64,000 nt of DNA from Gemmatimonadota bacterium (GCA_036679605.1 JAZDCZ010000011.1:32001-96000); one strand, 5' to 3'; shown: positions 29,915 to 40,653, counted from the stretch's first letter. Program-made: numbers and translations. Notes: generated by a model not told the origin, from the sequence alone.

Positions 29915-31801
29915 TCATGCCCCATCTACAACACCCGATGCCTCCAACAGCCGCACCACCCCCACGTGCCCTACTGCTCGCGCCATAGGTGTCGCCTGTG
30001 GAAGGTCGACGGGCAGGTTCGGGTTTGCACCGTGCTCCAGCAACATTCTTGCTGTTTCCTCGTGGCCCTCGGCGGCGGCCCAGGCCAGGGGTGTGCCGCG
30101 AAACTCGTCGTCGAGCGCGTCGAGGTCGGCGCCGTGCTCGATGACCAACAAAGCGTTGTGCGTTTCCCCACGCCCGGCATAGTGATGCAGCGCCGTCTTG
30201 CCGAGCCAGCCCGGACGGTTGGCGTCGAACCCGGCCTCGAGGAGACGTTTGAGTACGGCGCTCTCGGTCACGGCCACGTCGGGACTTCCAAGGCGCAGCG
30301 TGCCGCCGTGCAAGCGGTGCACCACGTCCGGATCCTTTTCGAGCAGGAGATCGGCCAAGGCCAGATCGTTCCGGGCCAATACCTCTTCCGCAAACCAATG
30401 CTCGCGGGTCACAGGCGCGTCAGTCGCCAGAGCATCGCGCAGTTCGTTCCTGCTCATGGCCCACATTGCCGTCGTGGCGCCGTGGGCGCGCAAGAGTCGT
30501 TCGATCTCCGGCGCGGCGTTACCGGCCCGGGACTTGGTAATTCCCAAGCAACTATCCGACGAGTCGGGTGCTGAGTTTGGATTCGCGCCGTGATCAAGTA
30601 AGAGTTTCACAATGTCGACGCGACAGATGGCGCAGGCCATCCACAACGCGTGTCCTTCGCTCGCCAACTCCTCCGGCCGGTTCGGATCTGCACCGTGGTT
30701 CAGGAGCTTCCGCACGATCTCGAGATGACTGCCTCGGGCGGCGTACATCAGGGGACTGCGCCGGCCCGAGTCGAGGCACCGTGCCATCCCGGGATCCTTG
30801 GCGAGGAGCGCATCGACCCTTGCAGAGTCACCGGTCGCACATGCCACCGACAAGTCGGTACCGGCGCCTGCGTCCAGCAAGGCGCGCAGCGTCGTAGTTT
30901 GATCCGCATGTGTCACACCCTTCAACTCACGCCACACCCGGAACTCGTAGTCGCCGTTGAAGAGGAGATGCGCCGGTGTCTGCCCGTCGCTCCGGCGGTG
31001 ATCGGGATCCGCCCCATGCTTGCACAGCATGGCAAAGAGGTCCGGTTGTCTTGTCATTACCGCCCAGTGGATCGCGTTGTTGCCGTGGACGTCACACGCC
31101 CGGCCGAGATCGGGTCGGTCGACTAACACCTTCTCGACGCAATGCCCCTCGCGAGACACGATAGCGTCCCTCAGTTGGGCAAACTCCGCATTGTACCCGA
31201 AGCGATCCCGCGCGGCCTCAACGAGGATGCGGTAAATCTCATGGAATCCCATGGCATCCGCGCGCTGGCGCAACTTCTTCCAGCCCGATTCCATGAAGCG
31301 CGTGCGTCCGGGTTCCGTACCGGCGTCCAACAGTATGTGCACGATCTCCGGTTGGTTCGCATACACGGCAAAGTGAATCGGCTGCGTATACCAATATTGG
31401 GCGTGGACAAGATTGGGATCAGCGTCGATCAGCGCGCGCACCGTCGGCACATCGCCTTCGCGACACGCCTCGAACAGCGCCCATGCCCGCTCGCCGTCCA
31501 CGGCCTCCACGTCATAGATGTACTGGCCGTGCATCTCGGCGGGCTTGGTCCGTTGGCGCCGTTCACCGCGTGTGGCGCCGGCGCCCTCTCTCAGTCGGGC
31601 CCAACTGGCGTACCCAAGACTCCGCGCGAGCACGAGTTGCGCCTGCGCAAGTCGGAACAGCCGCTGATCTGCGCCGTCGAAGTGCGCGTGCACGGTGCGA
31701 ACGGCCTCAGCATCACCCTCGCGAAAGGCATGCAGCAGTTCCTTGGCACGCCGCTTGAGTTGGAGAAGGTTCTTAAGGGACCCGTTCTGAGGGGTGGACA
31801 T
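29915..31801 (-). CDS. Ankyrin-repeat protein with N-terminal LxQLKxxAKELL..AQxxLARxxGxxSW domain
   Basis: Multiple G.TPLH.A / LL.HGADPN repeats; AAAGGAG ribosome-binding site. Confidence 0.9.
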   Translation of the reverse strand: MSTPQNGSLKNLLQLKRRAKELLHAFREGDAEAVRTVHAHFDGADQRLFRLAQAQLVLARSLGYASWARLREGAGATRGERRQRTKPAEMHGQYIYDVEAVDGERAWALFEACREGDVPTVRALIDADPNLVHAQYWYTQPIHFAVYANQPEIVHILLDAGTEPGRTRFMESGWKKLRQRADAMGFHEIYRILVEAARDRFGYNAEFAQLRDAIVSREGHCVEKVLVDRPDLGRACDVHGNNAIHWAVMTRQPDLFAMLCKHGADPDHRRSDGQTPAHLLFNGDYEFRVWRELKGVTHADQTTTLRALLDAGAGTDLSVACATGDSARVDALLAKDPGMARCLDSGRRSPLMYAARGSHLEIVRKLLNHGADPNRPEELASEGHALWMACAICRVDIVKLLLDHGANPNSAPDSSDSCLGITKSRAGNAAPEIERLLRAHGATTAMWAMSRNELRDALATDAPVTREHWFAEEVLARNDLALADLLLEKDPDVVHRLHGGTLRLGSPDVAVTESAVLKRLLEAGFDANRPGWLGKTALHHYAGRGETHNALLVIEHGADLDALDDEFRGTPLAWAAAEGHEETARMLLEHGANPNLPVDLPQATPMARAVGHVGVVRLLEASGVVDGA

Positions 31802-31807
31802 GATGAT

Positions 31808-31945
31808 CTCCTTTCGCCTGACCGCAAGCCAGGCGCGTCCGCCCGGTGTCTGCTGTCACGGGCTGAAAGAAGGTCATCACGAAATGTATGATGTCGAAGA
31901 CAGGTGGACACGGTCCTCTCCGCAGACTCGGGGGCGTCCTGTACG
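31808..31945 (-). ncRNA. Candidate structured 5' leader RNA of the ankyrin gene
   Basis: CGTGTCCACCTG/CGGGCGGACGCG stem, inner CATCA/TGATG hairpin, CGCCTGGC/GTCAGGCG hairpin directly before the SD. Confidence 0.5.
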
Positions 31946-32043
31946 CAGCGGTAATATGGGTTGAGCCGCGGTGATGCCGCCAGTGACCGCGTCAAGGGTA
32001 ACGATTCTGAAGGCCTGATTCGGGCCTCGCCGCCCTTCCCAAG

Positions 32044-33135
32044 TCACCGCCTTACTGCCGGCAGGATATCCTCATAGAGGAAGCGGACTGCCCCCTGGGA
32101 TTCCTCCGGGTCGTCGGACCACCCTAACGCCACCACGACCATGTCGTGGTCCGGGATCCAGAAGACGTACTGCCCTCCTAGGCCCGTTCCCGCCACTATG
32201 GGGCTTCCGCCCTCGACGGCCGGATCCGGGGCGAAGACCCACCACAGGTAGGCGTAGCCGACGAACGGATCAGCCTCCTTGGAGAAGCGGAACTTGGTGC
32301 GGGTCGACCGTTCCACCCAGCCGGCCGGTACAACCTGGCGCCCCTGCCAGACGCCGCCCTGGAGCATGGTCACGCCGATCTTGGCTAGGTCCCGTGGGCG
32401 CAGGTGGAGACCTCCTCCTGCATGGGGGTGCCCTTCCGCGTTCCGTTCCCACTCGTAGCGCTCGATGCCAAGAGGCTCGAAGATGTGCTCGCGGGCATAG
32501 TCGTCCACATGCACACCCGTGGTGCGCCGGAAGATCTCCGACAGAGCGATGACGCCCCCACTGTCATAGCGCCACGTGGAGGTGGGCTCCGCTACCATCT
32601 CCTGGTCCAGCCAGAACTTGGCCCACCCCCGACGCATCCGGTTGAGCCTATAGTGGGGCGAGCCAGCGTAGCCCTCCTCGTAGGCCGTCCCCGTGCTCAT
32701 GCGGAGAATGTCACCGATGTCGATGGCCTCCTTCCACGCGTTTCGGTTCTCGATTTCCAGGTCGGGAAAGAACTCGACGACCCGCTGCTCTAGGCTATCA
32801 AGCGCGCGCTGCTCCAGGGCGATGCCCACGGCCATGGATACCACGCCCTTGGAGATGGACTGCATCTCGTGGAGGCGGTCCGAGCTCCAGCGCCCGAAGT
32901 ACTCCTCGAAAACCAGGTGGCCGTTCCGCACCACGAGCACGGCATGGGTGCTCCCGTAGGTCCCGTCCCGGACTTTGTCGGCCAGGACCGCGAGCGCGAC
33001 ACCATCGAGACCTTGCTCTTCCGGAGTGGAAAATGGAAGGCCTTCCTCCGCCTGGGCGGAGGGCACGGCTGACCCGGCGCACCCTGGCAGCACCGACAGG
33101 AGCACTGCCATCACCAGCAAGACGCGAACGAGCAT
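32044..33135 (-). CDS. Serine hydrolase, beta-lactamase family (NylB-like)
   Basis: QSISK (SxxK), ILRMSTG, YDS, LRPRDLAKIG, GLGGQ. Confidence 0.9.
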   Translation of the reverse strand: MLVRVLLVMAVLLSVLPGCAGSAVPSAQAEEGLPFSTPEEQGLDGVALAVLADKVRDGTYGSTHAVLVVRNGHLVFEEYFGRWSSDRLHEMQSISKGVVSMAVGIALEQRALDSLEQRVVEFFPDLEIENRNAWKEAIDIGDILRMSTGTAYEEGYAGSPHYRLNRMRRGWAKFWLDQEMVAEPTSTWRYDSGGVIALSEIFRRTTGVHVDDYAREHIFEPLGIERYEWERNAEGHPHAGGGLHLRPRDLAKIGVTMLQGGVWQGRQVVPAGWVERSTRTKFRFSKEADPFVGYAYLWWVFAPDPAVEGGSPIVAGTGLGGQYVFWIPDHDMVVVALGWSDDPEESQGAVRFLYEDILPAVRR

Positions 33136-33207
33136 ACTTACCTCCCGAGACCGAGTGAATCGAACGACAACCAAGAATTATCTACTCGAGTATCGCGCAT
33201 GCCTCGG

Positions 33208-34053
33208 TTAATCGCCCACCATCAGCAACGTAGCAAGCGCGGCGAGCACCAGACCCGTCCCCTGACGTCGAGACAACCGTTCATGCAGCAGAACGGTTGC
33301 CATGGCGATTGTAGCCGCCGGATACAGGGAGGTCACGACCGACACCGGGCCGAGGGGGCCTGTGGAGAGGGCCCAGAACAGTATTATTGCTCCTCCTACG
33401 TTGAACGTCGCGGAGACGGCGACCAGCTTGACGGCGTAACGCGGCGGGAAAAACGACGAGCGCGTGGCCACGGCGAGTAAGGCGAACACTAAGAGGGCGG
33501 ACATTCGTGACGAAGCCACAGGCCAGAGGCCTGTTGACGCTTCGGCGCGAGAGAGGAGAATGAAGTAAGATCCGATGGCGACGCCTGCGCCGGTCGCGAG
33601 GAGCTGACTCTGTCGGGCAGGGGCGATGGTACCGTGCAAGATTGGGCCGGCGCCTGGAGGTAGTGCCGCGAGCAGCGCCATCGCGGCCACGCCAAGCAAC
33701 GCGCCGGTAAGCGGGGCGAAAGTGAGTCGGTCACCGAGCAGCAACCCGACGAGGACGGGAATCGCAGCGCCAACTACGGCGGTGACTGGCGCGACCGCAC
33801 TCATGACCCCGGCGGCGAGCGCTCGGTAGAGCAGCCCGAGCCCGAGCCCTCCAGCGAGGCCTGCGGCTCCGCCCCACCACACTCCGGCCCAATCAACGGG
33901 CTGCCGAAACAACGCGATGACGGCCAACGTGATGACAGCGCCGATCGAGTACACCGCGATCATGAGAGGGATCAGGGGGGATCTTCGGGCCGCCAACCCC
34001 CCGTAGAAATCGGCAACACCAAATATTGCGGCAGCGAGTACGGCGAGATGCAT
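33208..34053 (-). CDS. EamA/DMT family transporter
   Basis: GVADFYGG, about 10 TM helices, SLYPA..LLHERL. Confidence 0.9.
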   Translation of the reverse strand: MHLAVLAAAIFGVADFYGGLAARRSPLIPLMIAVYSIGAVITLAVIALFRQPVDWAGVWWGGAAGLAGGLGLGLLYRALAAGVMSAVAPVTAVVGAAIPVLVGLLLGDRLTFAPLTGALLGVAAMALLAALPPGAGPILHGTIAPARQSQLLATGAGVAIGSYFILLSRAEASTGLWPVASSRMSALLVFALLAVATRSSFFPPRYAVKLVAVSATFNVGGAIILFWALSTGPLGPVSVVTSLYPAATIAMATVLLHERLSRRQGTGLVLAALATLLMVGD

Positions 34054-34287
34054 GTCTGTTGAACCGATCTAACACAAGATTGAACCAGCGCGGCGACTTC
34101 GACGGCTCCAAAAGTACGTGCCGAAAAAGGGGAATCAAGGATCCACCTTTGGCATTCTAAGGGTGGCCAATTCAGCGGGCAGTGCGTGTGCGAGTCGCGG
34201 ACATCCGTGTCCGAAGTCCCTGTGCCGCACCTGACAATCTCACGCTAGGTGGGGTACCGGCCTCAACAGTTGTCAGCTAGGGGAATC

Positions 34288-35178
34288 TTAGGTTGTCTCG
34301 CCTGTGCGGCGGAGTACTTTCGCTAGGCCCGGTGGATGGCGGCGGAACAGTCCCCGAACGTACTTGGAGAACCGACGTTTGACGGACGGTGTTCCGTCCC
34401 GCTGGAGCGTGTCCGCGAACCGCGCGAGCACAAATTCGGCAGCCTTCGCTGAATGGTGCACCCATGCCAGGAACGGATTGCGTGACCATACTCCGAAGTA
34501 GACTTCCTGTGCGTCTCGGTCGAGGTAGGCCGTCAGGAGTTCCGTTCCGTCGACTACGATGTCCAGCCAGTGGCCATCCCAATGCGAGGCATATTCGTCC
34601 GCATCAACCGCAATCGCCCAATCGATCCCTTTTAACGCTACATCGCCGTAGGTCTGTACTGTCACGGTGACGCCCCTTGCGTGGGCACTTTGCAGCTCAT
34701 CCGCGACCATGGCAACTACCCTCGGTGAAAGGTCGGCGACAACAACGTCTCTACTTCCGCGGATCATAGCGCGGCAACGAGACAGTACTTGGTCGCGCTC
34801 GTTTATCGAGTATATGCCGTCATCTGCAGAAGAAGGCCCTACGAAATCCTGGAGTTGGTGCTCGACCGAGAGTCGACGCTGACGGAACTCGTGCTCCATC
34901 GCGCCAAAAAGCTCCGACGGCTGAATCGCGCGGTACCTCTGAGTGCTGCCGGTCTGGGTCGCGAGCACCGCACCCTTCCGATGCAGCGACTCCATAGCCT
35001 TGTACACGTTTGCCACGGGCTTGTTGAGCGCTTGCGCGACACGATACCCCGAAGCCGCACCCTCAAGCAGTAGGCAAACATAGACCCTGCTTTCGAGGGG
35101 CGTATATCCGAATCCGGTAAGGGCCTGTGACGCTCGCTCTATTGCGCTGCGTCCGATACGGCGTTTGGCTTGCGCCAT
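34288..35178 (-). CDS. TrmB family transcriptional regulator
   Basis: GYTPLESRVYVCLL..SGYRVA..VYKAMESL.RKG wHTH plus C-terminal effector domain. Confidence 0.88.
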   Translation of the reverse strand: MAQAKRRIGRSAIERASQALTGFGYTPLESRVYVCLLLEGAASGYRVAQALNKPVANVYKAMESLHRKGAVLATQTGSTQRYRAIQPSELFGAMEHEFRQRRLSVEHQLQDFVGPSSADDGIYSINERDQVLSRCRAMIRGSRDVVVADLSPRVVAMVADELQSAHARGVTVTVQTYGDVALKGIDWAIAVDADEYASHWDGHWLDIVVDGTELLTAYLDRDAQEVYFGVWSRNPFLAWVHHSAKAAEFVLARFADTLQRDGTPSVKRRFSKYVRGLFRRHPPGLAKVLRRTGETT

Positions 35179-35351
35179 TTCGAGAACTCAGATCAAGATG
35201 ATGACTTGTGAGAATATAACCTAGGGCGATTTCCGAGGTTCAAACTTCCGAGCGGCGGCAAGCTGCACCTCGAAGATGTCGACGATGTCGTGAGACAGCG
35301 CCAGCGACAACTCGTGTCTCGGGACCGCGCGCTACTGCTGTCCGCAGTGGT

Positions 35352-38300
35352 CTAACGCCGGCTGCGGTTCTCTGCGGCTGGACGCTTCGGCTGTACCGGC
35401 GGATTCAGTTCCAAGAGCTTTAGCACCTCTTGGACGGCGCGCTCCAGCTGAGGATCCACGCCGCGGGCCAGTTGTGTCGGGTCTTCCGGAACCTCGATGT
35501 CCGGTTCCACCCCGTGCCCTTCGGCAAACCAATCGCCGCCGGGATCGTAGTTCCGGTACGTCGGCACGGACAGGGAGCCGCCGTCGATAAGATCCGGTGC
35601 CCCCGTCAGCCCGATACGGCCACCCCAAGTCCGGGTCCCGATGATGGGCCCCACCTGGGCCTTGCGGAAGAACTCCGGGAACGCGTCACCGCCTGAGCCG
35701 GCCCATCCGTTGATCAGCATTACTTTAGGACCGTTGACCGCAACGATCGGCCAGGTGGCATCCTGACCGTAACGCCGAGCTTGAAAATTGAGCGGCGACC
35801 TGCCCAGCAATTCGATCATACGGTCCGGCAGGAACCCCCCACTGTTGAACCGCTCGTCGATGATGAGCCCTTCCTTGTCGATCTGTGCTAAGAACATGCG
35901 CATTAGCTCATTGTGCCCGCGTGTTCCAGTGTTGGGCACGTGGATGTACCCGATCCGGCCGCTGGTCGCCTCCTCGACATGGCGACGGTTGACTTCGACC
36001 CAGGCGCGGTAACGCACATTGCCTTCGTCGGACCGAGCGTCGACCAGCACCTCGCGGGCGCCGACCACGGTTGGCTTGTCGTTCACGGTGAGAGCGACCG
36101 TCCGGCCTGCAAGTCCCTGAAACGATGCCCACGGGTCCTTGGACACGTTTAGCGGCACGCCGTTGACCGCCAGCACGTAGTCACCTTCACTGATGCCGAC
36201 ACCGGGCTCGGCCAGCGGCGACCGGGAAACGGCGTCCCACGATGCCCCCTCGATGATGCGCGCAATCCGGTAGGTTCCGTGCTCGAGGGTCCAGTCTACG
36301 CCAAGCATCCCCACCGATCGCCGCGCAGCGGACTCCGTGTCCCCTCCAGAACGATAGGTATGGGACGAGTTCAACTCGCCGATCATCTCGCCGATAACGA
36401 AGTTCACATCCCATCGGGTCACGGCATGCCCAAGCAGGCGCCGATATCGATCGCGCATTGCATCCCAGTCCACACCGTGCATCGTTGAGTCGTAGAAGAA
36501 GTCGCGTTGGAAGCGCCAAGCGTCGCTGAAAAGCTGTCCCCATTCCTCTTGCGGGTCGACCGTCATCTCCAACTCAGCCGTGCGGAGCGCCGTGCCGAAG
36601 CTCTGTTCGGACTTGACCTCGACAATGGCATACTGCCCATTTCGCCTCACGAGGGCCTTCTTGCCGTCCGCGGAGAGCGTAAACCAGTCCACGTTATCTA
36701 TGACAGTTTGTTCCTCGCGCTCCGATAGATCGTAGTACATCAACGTGGATTCGTCATCTCCGGAACCAGTGCGAGGATCTCGCAGGTACACGACCCGCCT
36801 AGGCGCCGCGTGCATGGGGCCGAAGTTTCCGGGATCAGGCGGGAGGACTACAGCTCGCCGTTCGAAGTCCTGAATGGTAATCTCAACTCCGGCAGTGTCC
36901 CCCTGCTCCGCCTTGCCGGATTCGTCTTCGTGCCCCCGTGGTTCGGCATCGCTTCGCGGGGTGACAGGAGATGGCACATCGTCTCGCAACGGGACCGCTA
37001 GGAGATTCGTAGCGTTCATGTGAATCCAAGTCCAATCAAAATCGCCAAACGTCAGATCGAAGTTCCGGGCGGAAAAGAAGTACAGGTAATCACCGTCTGG
37101 ATCGAATTCCGGACCCCAGTCCATGTAAAACCCCGAAGAGACTTGATGGCGCTCGCCGGTTTGTGTATCGAACAGGAAGATCGCTCGGTTCAAATTTTGC
37201 AGCGGGCGCGCAAAGGCAAACCACCGGCCATCAGATGACCAGCTAACCGTGAAGTTTTCGAGCGCGCCGTGACCCTGCCAGAGTCCCTCATCAACCACCA
37301 CGGTTCTACGTGTGTCCCGGTCGTACACACGTAGTACGCTTCTCTCATCGATAAAGGCGAGTTTCCGGCTGTCTGGTGACCAGTAAGGCCGGAACCGGTA
37401 GCCGGCCCCCAGCGATGTCAGGCGCTCCTCTGTCCCGAGTCCCTGGGAGGATCGGAGAGTGAGTTCGTACTCCCCTGAGCGGTCGCTCCAAAACGCGACA
37501 TCCTGCCCGTCGGGCGACCACGCGGCGTATCGTTCCGCCACCCCGGAACTGCGCGTAAGATTGAGAATCGGGCCATGCTCGGCCGGAACCGTGAACAGCT
37601 CACCGCGCGCCTCGAAAACGGTGCGTTGACCGCTCGGCGAAAGCGATGCGTTCTGGATCAGTCCCGACACCTGCTCCACTCGCGGACGAAGTGTTGCGCG
37701 ATCCGTTACGACGTGCACGTCAACCGGTCGCGCCTGCTCGGTCGCCAGGTCCATGAGATAGAGCCGTCCCCCGAGTTCGAACACGATATCCGACGGCCCT
37801 ATGGCCGGAAAGTGGATGTCGAATTCTTCGAACTGTGTGACCTGTCGAACCGCTTCCGTGTCGAGATCGTACGCCCAGATATTGTACCGCTGATTCGGTC
37901 CCCGATCGGACAGGAAATAGAGCGTGCGACCGTGCCACATCGGATGTTCGTCATTCGCAGGATGTGCCGTAATGTTGCGGGACTCGAGTGTCTCGAGATC
38001 AAACAGCCAGATGTCGGCCGCCCAGCCACCCCGGTAGCGCTTCCACGTCCGGAAGGTGCGCGACTGGGGAGTGTATGCGAGTACGGTCCCGTCTGGCGAA
38101 ACTGTACCGAATTCCCCATACGGCACGGGCAACTTTTGCGGCATACCACCCTGAGCGCTGGTGCTATAGAACTGGCCGTAGCGAAGAATCCCGCTTCCCA
38201 TGGGGGATAGGTACAGGAGGGACGCCCCGTCAGCATACCAATCGAGCATTCGATCCGTCCAAGGATGATGTGTAACCCGGACGACGTCTCCGCCGCTCGC

Positions 38301-38585
38301 CGGCATGACATAGATGTCCGTGTTTCCGTCATAATTGCTGTTGAAAGCGATCCGTCCGCCATCCGGCGAGAAACGCGGAAAGGACTCCTCTCCGGGAGGC
38401 GTGCTCAGCCGTTGGGCCGTACCTCCCGTCCGGGAGGCCACCCAGACATCACCGGCGTAGACAAACGCGATTTGAGTCTCAGAGACATCCGGCTGGCGCA
38501 ACATCCTGGCGTCGACCTGCGCGTAAAGAGATCCTGGCGCAAGCGCGAGTGACATAACGAGGGCAGGGTGTGTCGGGAACGTCAT
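35352..38585 (-). CDS. Tricorn protease homolog (S41)
   Basis: RQPDVS..IAFVYAGDVW, WKRYRGG, ELNSSH, PDZ domain, IIDERFNSGG, AGSGGD, GTRTWGG. Confidence 0.95.
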   Translation of the reverse strand: MTFPTHPALVMSLALAPGSLYAQVDARMLRQPDVSETQIAFVYAGDVWVASRTGGTAQRLSTPPGEESFPRFSPDGGRIAFNSNYDGNTDIYVMPASGGDVVRVTHHPWTDRMLDWYADGASLLYLSPMGSGILRYGQFYSTSAQGGMPQKLPVPYGEFGTVSPDGTVLAYTPQSRTFRTWKRYRGGWAADIWLFDLETLESRNITAHPANDEHPMWHGRTLYFLSDRGPNQRYNIWAYDLDTEAVRQVTQFEEFDIHFPAIGPSDIVFELGGRLYLMDLATEQARPVDVHVVTDRATLRPRVEQVSGLIQNASLSPSGQRTVFEARGELFTVPAEHGPILNLTRSSGVAERYAAWSPDGQDVAFWSDRSGEYELTLRSSQGLGTEERLTSLGAGYRFRPYWSPDSRKLAFIDERSVLRVYDRDTRRTVVVDEGLWQGHGALENFTVSWSSDGRWFAFARPLQNLNRAIFLFDTQTGERHQVSSGFYMDWGPEFDPDGDYLYFFSARNFDLTFGDFDWTWIHMNATNLLAVPLRDDVPSPVTPRSDAEPRGHEDESGKAEQGDTAGVEITIQDFERRAVVLPPDPGNFGPMHAAPRRVVYLRDPRTGSGDDESTLMYYDLSEREEQTVIDNVDWFTLSADGKKALVRRNGQYAIVEVKSEQSFGTALRTAELEMTVDPQEEWGQLFSDAWRFQRDFFYDSTMHGVDWDAMRDRYRRLLGHAVTRWDVNFVIGEMIGELNSSHTYRSGGDTESAARRSVGMLGVDWTLEHGTYRIARIIEGASWDAVSRSPLAEPGVGISEGDYVLAVNGVPLNVSKDPWASFQGLAGRTVALTVNDKPTVVGAREVLVDARSDEGNVRYRAWVEVNRRHVEEATSGRIGYIHVPNTGTRGHNELMRMFLAQIDKEGLIIDERFNSGGFLPDRMIELLGRSPLNFQARRYGQDATWPIVAVNGPKVMLINGWAGSGGDAFPEFFRKAQVGPIIGTRTWGGRIGLTGAPDLIDGGSLSVPTYRNYDPGGDWFAEGHGVEPDIEVPEDPTQLARGVDPQLERAVQEVLKLLELNPPVQPKRPAAENRSRR

Positions 38586-38616
38586 TGCGGTCTCCAATAT
38601 TGCGGTTGACCCGGCG

Positions 38617-40161
38617 TCAAGCGGAGGGAACCATAACGGTGACCGTCTTGGGCGGGTGACGCTGTGCCGCTCGTGCGTCACTCAGGCGGCTACTCATGAC
38701 GACGGTGTTGAGGACCTTCGAGAGTGCAGCGACGCCGGGCCGGATCTGGTCGTCACGAATGGCGCCATAGCCCATCACGAGCCCGGCCGGCGCGGGGGCG
38801 TCGAGCATCCGACCGTCGAGCGTTTCAATGCCAATCCCTGCCTCGAGCGCGCGGCGTCGCACCTCCGGGAGCTGTTGGGCAGCCACACCGGGGAGCCAGA
38901 CGAGCACATGCACCCCAGCATGTTCCCCCTGGATTGGTACGCCGACCCCCAGGCTGCTCCTCAAGGCCTCTAATAGAGTGCGCCTTCGGGCATCGTACCG
39001 GATCCGCGCGATGCGCGCGTGGCGAACGAGATGCCCATCCTCAATGAAGCGTATGAGCGCCTCCTGCTCGACCGTAAGCCCGGCCGCATCCATCGACCGC
39101 AGCGCCTCCCGGAACAGCGGAGCGAGGTTAACCGGAAGAACCAGATACGCTAGAGGCAGACCCGGCGTTGCCGGGAACAGGGCCCCCAGATGAACGACAC
39201 GTGCGGCGCTGTCCAACGCAATCAGAGGTTCGAGAGCACTGCGCTCGTACCGGAACCCCGCACCCGTATCGTCTTCCAATATCATTGCCCCGGTGCGCTC
39301 AGCCCACCGCAACACGGCTAGCCGGCGGTCTCTAGGCAGGACCGCGCCGGTGGGGCATTGATGTGACGGCGTTATGTGGAGTAGACGAACCGGATCCGCA
39401 AGGTCCGGAAGCTTGGCGGGCACGAGACCACTGTCGTCGGTCGCCACGGGGGTAAGGGTGGCACCTTGAGCCTTGATCAACTCACCGACGCGCCTGTCAT
39501 GCGCTACTTCGATCGCCACGTGATCCCCCGCATCGAGCAGCGTGCGACAGACGACGTCTACACCTTGCTGCATGTTTTTCACGGGGACGATCTGGTCGGC
39601 GAAGCAGGGCACGCCGCGCACGCGTGTAAGATGACCGGCCAGCGCATGTCGGAGGGCACGGTCTGCGCCCGCCGGCTCCGAAGGGCCAAGCCGTTGGCGG
39701 CTCGCTCGGACGATCAGTCGATGCCATGTCGTCGGGAACAGCGGCTCGGGATCGCGGCGATAGCGCCGGAACTCGTAGCGGACAGGTGTGGACGGTTCCG
39801 CGGGGGCCCTCTCGGGTATCTCGATGCTTTTTTTTACCTGCTGTGCCCACCTCGAGATACGGAACGGGACGCGCACTCCGCCGTGACACGACCGTTCGGA
39901 ATGGACAGTGACGGCGGACGCGCCGTTCCACGCGACGTACGTCCCCGACCCCACTTGCCCACGTACGAAGCCCTCGCCTTCTAGCCGCTCGAAGGCCATG
40001 AGCACGACCTTCCGGGACACACCCAGCTCATCCGCCAGGCTCCGCGTGGAGGGTAACCGCATGCCGCACGGTAGTCGTCCTGCCTCGATGCCCGACCGGA
40101 CCGCTCGGTACAGACGCTGATACAGCGGTCCGTTCCCTGTCATGGGGAGCGCGATCGTCAT
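38617..40161 (-). CDS. MocR/GabR-type GntR regulator with degenerate aminotransferase domain
   Basis: RLPSTRSLADELGVSR HTH, TPSHQCPTG, ILEDD; the SK lysine motif is absent. Confidence 0.88.
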   Translation of the reverse strand: MTIALPMTGNGPLYQRLYRAVRSGIEAGRLPCGMRLPSTRSLADELGVSRKVVLMAFERLEGEGFVRGQVGSGTYVAWNGASAVTVHSERSCHGGVRVPFRISRWAQQVKKSIEIPERAPAEPSTPVRYEFRRYRRDPEPLFPTTWHRLIVRASRQRLGPSEPAGADRALRHALAGHLTRVRGVPCFADQIVPVKNMQQGVDVVCRTLLDAGDHVAIEVAHDRRVGELIKAQGATLTPVATDDSGLVPAKLPDLADPVRLLHITPSHQCPTGAVLPRDRRLAVLRWAERTGAMILEDDTGAGFRYERSALEPLIALDSAARVVHLGALFPATPGLPLAYLVLPVNLAPLFREALRSMDAAGLTVEQEALIRFIEDGHLVRHARIARIRYDARRRTLLEALRSSLGVGVPIQGEHAGVHVLVWLPGVAAQQLPEVRRRALEAGIGIETLDGRMLDAPAPAGLVMGYGAIRDDQIRPGVAALSKVLNTVVMSSRLSDARAAQRHPPKTVTVMVPSA

Positions 40162-40314
40162 ATGAACGTGCGCTCCGAGGGTGAAGACGAGTAGACACAC
40201 GAGGCGATCCGAATAACAAGCAAGGTCTTCCTCCGAGCAATTGAACGCGGGTCTCTATTGCTCATGTCAACGGTCAATACCGACCGAGACCGATCGGGTC
40301 AGAGTTTTGCTCCG

Positions 40315-40338
40315 TATTAGTAGTAATATGTACTAATA
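40315..40338. promoter_or_regulatory. Palindromic operator TATTAGTAG-N6-GTACTAATA
   Basis: Dyad in an AT-rich intergenic patch; same core as 60427 and 63633. Confidence 0.65.
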
Positions 40339-40653
40339 TACCTCTACTGGCCCGTCAAGTTCCCGAGAACAGTTGCCGGGCACACACCACTGGTCCGTCG
40401 TCGTCGGGTGACCTCACTCCCGGTGGACCAGCCCAGTGGCCTCCTTGTTCCGTCCTCTAGTGGCTCCTTGACACGCCCGCGTAAACGGGCGGCATTCTGA
40501 CTTCTTGCGCTTTCTCTTGGACTGACTTCAGACAGGGAAGGTTACAGGGGGCAGGAGATAGCATTTTTCCACCTCCTCGATCATTGCAGTGGTGCCAGTT
40601 GCGTAGATCCAGCTTCGTGATTCTGTACTTGCTCGGCATTCTGGCCCTTCCTC

